Assembly: GCA_905331295.1 (NCBI GenBank)
Contig: CAJNYD010000306.1
Coordinates: 1-46,888, forward strand
Direction: 5' to 3'
Source: Rotaria socialis
Lineage: Eukaryota
Length of the DNA: 46,888 bases
Shown here one piece after another: positions 24,996 through 35,072 of this stretch; the stretch's first letter is position 1, and each line of letters starts with the position of its first letter. The notes under the pieces were generated by a model. The model did no database searches and was not told the origin of the DNA. It worked only from the letters and a program-made list of their open reading frames with translations. The translations under genes and the position numbers were made by a program.

Positions 24996-26414
24996 ATGTC
25001 TTCTATCGATAATATTATTAATATTCTTCGTAGTTCTGCACGACAGCAATACAATAGCAAACAAATTGATGCAACGAATGAAATTGTTGAAAACAATGTT
25101 CGCACCCTATTTGAACAAGATTATGGTTGTCATTATATTTCGAATGCAAATGGTGAATTATCAATAAATTATCCACGTCGAATTCTCGTGCCTGTTGTTG
25201 ATAAATGGTCTATAGTACAAACGGCAAAAATTCAATCATCTGTCGATATTCGTGATCTATGTGTTCGATCGTGTTTTGCTAGATGTCGATCTCGGTTGGT
25301 TGCTCCTGCAATATTTATCGAAGGAAGATATATTTGTCGATCGGCAACACTTTCTTCTTGGGGTGAAATTTATCCACGATTCAGTATGGATCTATTAATA
25401 GATGCTGCCAGTCGACATTCTGTTCCACCAACAGGCAATACTGACGAAACTCTAAACGATATCGAACAACCTCAACAACGTAGTGTTTTCGATAAACTTC
25501 GCGGTGCTGATATTGATCTATTGAAAATATTCGATATCGGTTCAATAGTTAATTTGATGGTACAAGAAAAAAATCTTCTATTCGGTTTAAAAATAACAGC
25601 AACAGAGAAGTCAGATAAATACGATCGATATAGAATATTTCAATTGATATCCCTTCCCTATCCTGGATGTGAACATTTTCGAGAGGTAGCCGCACAGAAA
25701 TATAATAGTGAATTTATATTACATGATTGGTCTGTGTCGAAAAATGCTGCCATACTCGAAGTACCAAATCATCTTTCGTCGTGTGTAGACACCGATTGGT
25801 CAACTTGGCGATCATGGAGTACTATTCATTTGACTCAAAACTACATGCAATTACTTCTCCGTCATCTTGAAAAAGATAAACGTGGTATTCTTATTCATTG
25901 TCTATCTGGATGGGATCGAACACCATTGTTTATATCGTTACTTCGTCTATCATTATGGGCTGATTGTGCTATTCATCAATCACTGACTGTTGAAGAGATC
26001 ATCTATTTAACACTTGCCTACGATTGGTATTTATTTGGACATAACTTACAGGAAAGATTAGCACATGGTGAAGAAATTCTCTATTTCACTTTCATGGTAC
26101 TTCCACATTTGATTGACGATAGATTTATTTTTCGACCATCAATGACCCCTCGTCAACATGTGACAACTGAAATTAATGATATGAATCATTTAGATAATTC
26201 AATGAATGATATTCCTCGCAACTTGCCTCAATCACATTGTGTTAAAATTGAACAAGACACGAAAAAGGTGCGCGAAGAAAAATTACTTGCTGTATTTCAT
26301 GTATTTCATACTTGTTATCGAAATATCGTACCAGAAAATTCAACGATGTTAAATAATAGACCATTAGCATCAGTTATGACTCGTAAGATCAAGGACTTTC
26401 TAATAAAAAAATGA
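24996..26414 (+). CDS. MTMR14: Myotubularin-related protein 14 (Jumpy/EDTP-like) phosphoinositide phosphatase, intronless
   Basis: ARCRSRLVAP, ICRSATLS, SLPYPGCEHF, LTQNY, intact CX5R loop HCLSGWDRTPLFISLLRLSLWAD, YLTLAYDWYLFGHNL..RL..GEEI. Confidence 0.92.
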   Translation: MSSIDNIINILRSSARQQYNSKQIDATNEIVENNVRTLFEQDYGCHYISNANGELSINYPRRILVPVVDKWSIVQTAKIQSSVDIRDLCVRSCFARCRSRLVAPAIFIEGRYICRSATLSSWGEIYPRFSMDLLIDAASRHSVPPTGNTDETLNDIEQPQQRSVFDKLRGADIDLLKIFDIGSIVNLMVQEKNLLFGLKITATEKSDKYDRYRIFQLISLPYPGCEHFREVAAQKYNSEFILHDWSVSKNAAILEVPNHLSSCVDTDWSTWRSWSTIHLTQNYMQLLLRHLEKDKRGILIHCLSGWDRTPLFISLLRLSLWADCAIHQSLTVEEIIYLTLAYDWYLFGHNLQERLAHGEEILYFTFMVLPHLIDDRFIFRPSMTPRQHVTTEINDMNHLDNSMNDIPRNLPQSHCVKIEQDTKKVREEKLLAVFHVFHTCYRNIVPENSTMLNNRPLASVMTRKIKDFLIKK

Positions 26415-26962
26415 TCGTAATTTAATGAATGTTTTCTAATGCTTTGTAATATATCGAAGTGACATAAAGTCATACGATTTGTTTTCTGCATTTATTAATA
26501 TTATTGTATTTGCAACGGTTTCGAAGCATACTGTAAGAAAAATAGTTTTCGCCGCATCCAAAAAGTCCTGCATGAGCTTATATCACATCTTTCTTAAAAT
26601 TGATACAACTAATGACATAACCCTTTACGGCTGGATGTTGCCGTTTGGCAACATTGTGTCAATATTTTAAGAAAGGTCTAGCAATACTGTGAATAGATAG
26701 TGAATCAATAGTTCAATAATTACTACAAAATATTTTAGAACACACTCATAGCCCATGAAACAAAATGAAAACGTTCAGCTGATAAAATTACTGGAGTCCT
26801 CCTGAATACTTCTAAGGAACAACTGAATCATAATATATGTTCTTATGGTACCCTCAATCATTCAATTCCACAGGTCACTAGTGGTAAATTTCACCTCCTT
26901 AATCTATTGTATATTGTATCACTCAAAGAAATGATTCAATGAGTACTGACAATAAGAGGTAT

Positions 26963-27520
26963 GAATGATGTTGCCCAATGGCAACAGCCGGCCATGAGGG
27001 GTCAAATTTTTGGAAAAATTATTTTTCGTTTTCGACCATCGTTATTCTCTATTTTGCGTTTTTTCATTTATTCATACAAGAACAAAGCATACAAAACATA
27101 TATGATGCACTTACATAGTTTTCTAGCTTTAAATGGAATTTTCTATGAAAAAAAGCCAGCATGATAGTATTGCAGCTCTCAATAACTGGTATGGAAATGG
27201 ATATTTAATTTACGTATTGGCACGGGTGTAGAGAAATAAAAGATCTACAAGAATACCTATTCTGATGCCAACTAACACAAAACCCATACATCTACTCTCT
27301 TCTTAAGTTCAACGTATGTCAAATTTTTCGTACAAAAGTCGATTTGAACCGCGGAGAAACTGTGCAGACATATTGTATATATTTTATACACTTTTTTCTT
27401 GAACAATTAAATGAAAGGGAAGCAAAATAGTGAATTTTGATGATCGAAAATGACAAATGAATTTTTCAAAGTTTGACCCTTTACGGCCGGCTGTTGCCAA
27501 ATGGCAACATACAACCATTC
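26963..27520. mobile_element. MITE with about 75-bp imperfect TIRs
   Basis: Left ATGTTGCCCAATGGCAACAGCCGGCCATGAGGGGTCAAA.. matches the reverse complement of right ..TTTGACCCTTTACGGCCGGCTGTTGCCAAATGGCAACAT. Exact ends and TSD uncertain. Confidence 0.8.
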
Positions 27521-29198
27521 AACATAGAAGCACCGTTCAATTTTAAGAAATAGTTTTTTGCTATCTCTATGACAGGACAAGAAAATATATGCAGAAGAAG
27601 AGTTTTAACTATGTCGCTTTTGGGAGCCGGCTGGAAAGGTATAAGGCGTACTTTCATATCAGATGGTACGAATAAATATCAACAAAGAATGATTTCTCTG
27701 TATTGCTATTAAATCAAATAGAGATTCTTTTCTATTTCAACAAAATTAACTCTACTGAATCTACGAAGAATAGTAGTTAAATAAATTGCTTAAAATTGTC
27801 ATTTCAGAGCAGATATACACATCTTGTATTTTTCCAATAGTTAGTGAATATCTTAGAAATCTATTGTCTAGTAAATATACAGATTAACACACTCACTGTT
27901 AAGAATCCCTTTAGCAAAAAAAACCGACTATCTTTAGTTTAGTTAATCAATGTTCTAGTTAATTCATACTGATTCTTTATAACTTTAAATAATAGACTTA
28001 AGTGCCACGTCTCCAACTCTCCGAACTCATGATTAAATATTATATGCTGAAAATGAAACATAGTTTCACCTTTCAAAATAAATCATTTTGACATAAGTGT
28101 GACATCGAAGAAAGAGAACAATGAAATATTTGTAATAATGTTTCTTTTTAATATTCTCACGAGTTTTGATTGATTAATTCTTACGGTTGCTGATAAAAAA
28201 GAAAACAATACAGTCGAATCGATTTTTACAGAAAAATTACAAGACTGAAGTTGAAGTAGCAGTTTATTGTCTTCATTGAAAGAAAACTATTCCCAAGCAA
28301 TTCGACAAGGAACATAATCTGGAAATAAACTTGATGGTAGCTGTCTATCTTGGACAAACACATTAAAAAATAATTATTAGCTAGCATAAAATAAATGATG
28401 TCTTACAAAACAGCAGTTTCATGTATTTTATCACCAATCATGACATATGTTACATCGATCATTTGTCTATTGATAAACTGTAAAGAATATTAATCTGTTA
28501 TCATAGTATATTCGCATCTATTAGTTTATATCAATAATCCATTCGATGGCAATACGAAATATTGAGTTCATCGAGTCGATCGATTCGTTCTATCTGTTTG
28601 TGTTTCGTTTGAATACCAATCATGTTATCATGACTTTTTACTTTTTTTCCAACTGTATCAAAGTATCATCAGAAAATTTTGTAAATTCAAATGTAAACGT
28701 ATTTAACAGTTAGTTATTATCCTTATTCAAAATCAGATTAATTAATTTCAATGACAATTAATCGTAACACAACAAATTGGTTATCAGAATACGGCGACAT
28801 CTATGATGAAAATTCTCGTATCAGATATTAATGATGATTTAATTTTTAGTTGAATCTATTACTAATTTCAATGGAGAAATAAAACAAAAAACAGTTTCAT
28901 CCTCCGATATGATCAGCACAGAAATGTCGAACATGGCTCGATTAAGTACATGTCGTCGTCGTCTTCCTCCCTCGCTCCCTCTCTCCTATAGAGGGGTTTG
29001 TTTATTTATTTTTAAGTTATTGATCTTGTAACAAATACTGTTACATTTTCTAGATTGTGATTTCTATCTCTGATTTATTATCTTCTATCAGTAGTTCTTC
29101 ATATTGTTCAACCTCAATGTTTTGCGTCTGTTTTAATAAATTCATCTTACCAGTAAATCAAAAGATTCATCGTTTCATTGTCGTGAAGTCTTTTCCAA

Positions 29199-30946
29199 AT
29201 GGTATTACCTCGTAAAATCAAAACAATTGGAAATCGACATGAATTAAATACTAGAAAACGTAAAACGACAATAACGAACAGTAATAATAAAAAGAAATCA
29301 AAACGACGTTTATTATTAAAAAAATTAGTTCATACAAAACGAAACAAATTAACCAAAGTATATTTTATTAAATCGTAGAAATAGAATCATATCGTTTTTT
29401 TTGCTTTTATTTCTAGCGTGTGGATTTAAACGATCCTTCAATAAATACTATAACTCTACGACGAAGCCGACGTTTAAATAATAAACATAAACAACCAATT
29501 TCTCCTATTGTAGTAAAAACATATCCACTACGATCACGTTTACAACCTACAAATAATACTATTCCAATAGTCACTAATCATTGTTCACATTCAATAAAAC
29601 AAGAGCATTTATTCTCATCAATGGGTCTTCGCAATGGTAAAATAGTCAATCTACGTTCCTTTATATCGGGTTCAACAACACCTACAAATCAGGATATAAC
29701 AGCATCATCATTGCCTTTACTTTCATTTAATCCTCTACCAATTCATCATCCAACAACACTATCCTATTCATCTACAAATACAAATAATAATAATAACAAT
29801 AATAATAATAACAACAATAATAATAATAATGATTTGAATTCATTATACTATTATTCGAATATAACTAATCATGCATCATTAGATCCAAGTAAATATTTTC
29901 CTACTCGACTTGATATTCTTCTCGATCGACCACCAGTTTCACGTGAAAAACAAGTTGAATACAGATGGAATCATGAAGATCGCTCAATGAACATTTTTGT
30001 TAAACATAATGATCCATGTACTTTCCATCGACATGTAAAATGATTATTTCATTTTTTAAATCCATATCTATTGTTTGGTCTTTTTTTTGTTAAAGCCTGT
30101 AGCACAAAGTACTGATGCAGTTCGATGTAAAAAAGCATTCACAAGTGGTATTCATGTATGGGAAATTGAATGGTAGGTCATATCATATAGAGAATAAGAA
30201 TATCTCTATAGCAGAACATAGTTTTATATGCTAATTTCCTACTGTTATTTTAGGAATACAAGACAACGTGGTACACATGCAGTAGTTGGTGTAGGCACGT
30301 TAAGAGCTCCACTTCATTGTCCTGGCTATCAGGCATTAGTCGGCATGAATCAAGAATCATGGGGATGGGATTTAGGTCGAAATAAACTTTATCATAAAGG
30401 CATCAATAGTGTCTATGCGGCAACGCAATATCCATTAACAGTAGCAGGCTCATATAATTTATTATCTCCAACAACGTCTTCATCGTCTGCTATGGCTGAT
30501 CCAGCTGATGCAATAAATAACAATGGCGTTGCATATTCAACAAAGTCCGATGAAGGTTTTGTTGTACCCGATAAATTTCTTGTTATTCTTGATATGGAAG
30601 AAGGAACATTATCATATATTGTCGACGGACAATATCTAGGTGTAGCATTTAGTAATCTTAAAGATAAAGGCGCACTTTATCCTATGGTATCGTCGGTATG
30701 GGGTCATTGTGAAATAACAATGCGTTATATAAATGGATTAGAACGTAAGTGATAGAACTGAAATGAAAAGAAAAAAATTTTTTTTTCTTTCGATATTTAA
30801 AAATCTGAATTTTTATAGCTGAACCACTCCAATTAATGGATTCATGCCGTCGGCTGATACGTAAACGGCTAGGACGAACTAATTTACATTTGATCAATGA
30901 ATTGCCATTGCCTAATTCTCTTCGAAACTATTTGATTTATCAATAG
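29199..30946 (+). CDS. SPSB: SPRY domain-containing SOCS box protein (SPSB1/4, gustavus-like), about 438 aa
   Basis: Exons 29199-29201 (ATG only), 29417-30034, 30096-30172, 30254-30744, 30819-30946 join in frame. [76 protein letters not shown], and SOCS box [24 protein letters not shown]. An alternative start at ATG 29621 is possible. Confidence 0.92.
29783..29830 (+). repeat. (AAT/AAC)16 coding microsatellite, poly-Asn
   Basis: Read directly from the sequence within SPSB exon 2. Confidence 0.95.
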
Positions 30947-31020
30947 AAACAATAATTTTTATTTTCCTTCGTTTGCGCTTCTTATTTTGTTTTCATCTCT
31001 TTCTCTCTAATGATCTTCTT

Positions 31021-31282
31021 TATAAATATAAATATAAATATAAATATAAATATAACTTAAACAGTGCCCTGTATCATATTAGATAGTTGTCTTTTTTTTA
31101 AATCGCTGGTTCTCTCAAACAAACAAAAAACAAAACGTTTTTTTTCTTTTTTTTTGTAAAATAGTTTGTTTTCTTTTTGGACGTTTTGCTTGTAAATTGT
31201 TGTGTGCGTGGTCAATTTTCTTCTTCTTTTTCTTTTCTTTTTTTGCAAACACTGGAAAACATTTAATGGCATGTGTGTATAT

Positions 31283-31331
<49 letters not shown>
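31021..31331. repeat. (TAAATA)n at 31021-31055 and (AT)n at about 31278-31331
   Basis: Simple repeats between the SPSB stop and the PrimPol start. Confidence 0.9.
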
Positions 31332-31334
<3 letters not shown>

Positions 31335-31379
31335 GAATGTCGAGCACAAAAATAATATTTTATTCTTGCAGATTTGCTT

Positions 31380-33771
31380 ATGAACTCTGATACATTTTAC
31401 AATCAGACACGGCAAGAATATATAAATGAATAAAACGTTTTAACAGAAAAAACTTTTTTTGCCTCTTGAATAATAGAAAGCGACATCCGCTTGTCAGTGT
31501 TGATGATAGTCTGACGAAAAAACGTCTCGAAAACAATCATCAACTTTCATTGATGAAGATGGCGTATGCAACAAGAACGTTTTGGTCACAAGCTGAAGCT
31601 TTGGACTTCATGATGGAAAGACAAAAAAATAATAATTCAGTAAATGATCGTTTTTATTTTCATTAAGATATATTATTTGTTTTCGTTAGGACGAAATTCT
31701 TTATTTATTCAGTTTTGAATCTCAACCGGAAGGAAAACGTCGATATCAAGTTGCTGATATTGATATTTTTATTCATGAATACTAGTAAGGAGTCTTAGTG
31801 ATTAGTTGTTTTATTTATAAATAAATAAATAATTTAGCCAATTACCTGCCAATCAACGTCATACATACGAAATTATTGTTGATAGTAAGTTGAATATTGA
31901 ATAGATCTAAGGTTTTCAAGTTTATAAATTCTAGAAAAACCATCAAAACTTTATTTTGATCTTGAATATGATATTGTCGCTAATCCAAATATCGATGGAC
32001 CTAGATTAACTACTAATTTTATCCAGGTAGAGTCTAAAATTTTGTTTTTAGGCGAAATACGATGATTCTCTTAAAACTAAAAATTAATCAGTCATGATCA
32101 TTGCTTTTAGTTTTCTGATAGTCCTGACTGTACTTACTACCAGAGTTACATGATGTATTCGTAATAATACCATTAAAAGTCGCCAACATTGAGAAACAGT
32201 TTAGAACTGCTGAAAAAAAGCTTTAAATGGGATTAAAAGTACAAACGCTCGCGAATTGGAAATAAAAATGCAACAGAAGCTACACATGGAGAGTTCTAAC
32301 TAAGACCTGTGGAGAATCTTTTGGCGAATGGGAGATTTGAACGTTCTCGATTTGAGAGCTTGAAATATAACTTTACTCCAGTTTGTTCTCAATTTTATGC
32401 GAAAACGAAGTGACGATTTGGATTATTCAATCAAAGATGTTCTTGTTCTGGATTCTACGTAAGTAAAAGAAAAACGATGTGAATCATTTTACTTTTCATA
32501 TCTGTCTTTTAATAATTTAGATCACCAAAAAAGTTTAGTCGTCATTTGATATTTCAAACAAAAGATCCGTTTCTGGATAATATTGCCGTTGGCAAATTCG
32601 TTAATCTTATCTTAGAAGATATTCATGGTTGTTTAATCAATCATCAATGTCCAGGCGTAATAAATTCTTCATTGTCTCGAGTGCAACAAAATCAATCATA
32701 TGCTGATTCAACAGTTTTTTCAAAAAATCTTCTTAATAGTCTTGAACCTCATTTATCACGTTTTGAACATTGTGATTGTATTGATGATTATTCACAACTC
32801 AAATTTAAAGATATGATAGAATTTATGGTTAATAAAAGTGACGGTACTGGAATAATATGGTTTTGTGATATGGGTAAGTAAATGTTAAAAGTTATCTTTA
32901 ATGAAATTATCCGTCGAAAACTATTGTTGAGACTCAAAATTGTACTGTGACGTTTTTTGTTTTAAATTAAATCTATTTTAGGTGTTTATACAAAAAATCG
33001 AGCATTTCGATTACTTCGATCAAGTAAATTTGATAAACAAGAATGTTTTACAATTGCACCAGAAAACCAATGGAAACCAATTTTGCGACGTTGCCGCTCT
33101 AAAACCAGTGAACCGAACGATGCGGAACGGCAAACATTTATGGCTTCACTTGTTTATTTTAATAAGTATTGTATTTAACTTTTTAAAACAAAACTTGTGC
33201 TTGGACCTATATTCATTTAGACCAATTCGACGTTTTATTGATGTTGATGATGAAAATCCAACTGCTATACAAAGTATAAATTCACGTATGCAACGTCCAA
33301 ATCATTCATCACCATCGTATATGACAGATGATATGCGAAAAATGTCGTTAGACTATCCAGAATTAATCAATTATATGTCGAATATAGCACGTGACAAAAA
33401 AGATGATGGTAACGGTATTCGTATCAGTCGATTATATAAAGCGAAAGAAATTCAAAATGATTTTCGATGGGAAATTAGTTTCCTGTATGTGGGAGATTAT
33501 AAATATTGTGAAAAAATAAAACGTCATCATAAAGCAAACAATATTTAGTAAGCATTAATTATTCTATTATATGCAAAGAATTTTGTTGTTCATATTTAGT
33601 TTCGTAGTTGATATGCGTAAGGGAACATACAGACAAAAATGTCATGATACTGACTGTAAAACATTTCAAGGTGTTGAACAAACATTACCACAGCATGTCA
33701 CTCCTTGGTTAATGTTGCTTGATGACGATTGGGAAAATCAAAATCCACAATCATTGCAGAAAACCAGCTAG
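31380..33771 (+). CDS. PRIMPOL: DNA-directed primase/polymerase PrimPol (AEP + UL52-type Zn finger), 10 exons
   Basis: Exons 31380-31411, 31477-31639, 31690-31784, 31838-31884, 31935-32026, 32382-32458, 32521-32873, 32982-33164, 33221-33547, 33600-33771. Motif I KLYFDLEY, motif II KFSRHLIF, motif III DMGVYTKNRAFRL, Zn finger YCEKIKRHHKANN..QKCHDTDC. The first intron is GC-AG. Confidence 0.93.
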
Positions 33772-34807
33772 ATGGAACTTTTGATTGTTGTGTATGATTA
33801 AATTGTAAAATAAAAATATTTTTTTATGGGTAAAAAGATAAATAAATTCATGTAGTTGTTTAATGAGGTATCGATATTTTGATTCAAAACGTGCTATGTA
33901 TTTTGAGAGAGTACTCATCTGAAAAAAGAAACTGATACAATCCATTCATTACACGTCATATCTTTAAGTTTTAATGCTAACTAAAATAAATAAGTATTTT
34001 AAAAGGGATTGAATGATTATCCTAATCCTTAATTTCATCGCTAAGATCTAATAAATAGTAAGGTATCATGAAGGCGGATATTCGCGTAGCCCTGCATACC
34101 CACTCCTCACATAACGCTAGAGTACAATTTCATCATATTTGACGGTCAGAAGTGATTCTATGAAAGGCTAGCAATGCTAATTCATTTAATGACAACATGA
34201 TTCAATGTTTGATTCTTTTGAAATCAAGAACAAATGCTTGACTTTTATAACTTAATTCCATTTTTTTTCGTGTATCAATATTAAGTGACGATGAATATGA
34301 ATGAAATGTTATTCTGTTCTCGAATTCTCGATGATAAAAGTATTCTGAATCGTTAAGATCAACTAATAAGTTTCGGCCCACTTAAAGACTATGTAAAAAC
34401 ATTCATTCAGAAGGAAAAACTAATGCTCAGGCCGGGATTATAAATAACAACTAGAGCTTGGCATTAAAACAGATCATACTCCGCGTACCAGGCATCTCTA
34501 GAAGTTTGTGATCACACAATTAGGATTAGCCAATAAGAATAGGTCATGAGACAAGAAATGAATTCTTCTCATAAATATTTTGTTATCAATGTGTTACATT
34601 TTCACATCCACTTTTCTTCAGTATGTGCATGAAGACTTATTAATATTAAAAAAAAACAAGATAGAGCCTATGAGTATTCATGTCCATTTAATTTTGATCA
34701 TATTATTGATTCTCCCTCTCGTTTCGCTAACAGCTCATTTGTATCCAATAAGAATGTTTCAACTAACCTAAGTACTTTATAGAATATCATACATGATTAT
34801 TTGACGA

Positions 34808-35072
34808 TAGGGTGTGGGTGTGGGATAAAATTACTTGATGCAAATATTCATGCTTAATGTAACTATCAACTAAACAAGGGAATAAACTCTTCTCAATTGA
34901 CTTCGTTGCTGTTGATTTCAGTCAGTATAAAAATATAAGTGTGTATCGAAGGGTTTTTTTCTGTCGCAAAAATATCTGTTAATTGGTTTCAGATGAATGA
35001 TCACCGCACAAAGTTGGGTGTGGGTGTGAGTGTTGATTATCGTATATTTATCGATATACTCACACCCACACC
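34808..35072. repeat. Short TGTGGG/CCCACA arrays (telomere-like or MITE subterminal)
   Basis: GGGTGTGGGTGTGGG near 34810, GGGTGTGGGTGTG near 35016, CACACCCACACC near 35061. Confidence 0.55.

Noticed and set aside
26969..26987. GTTGCC-N4-GGCAAC palindrome resembling an RFX X-box
   Set aside because: The spacer is longer than the canonical X-box, and the motif is part of the MITE TIR at both ends.
31057..31347. 96-aa minus ORF
   Set aside because: Made of microsatellite and T-rich UTR sequence.
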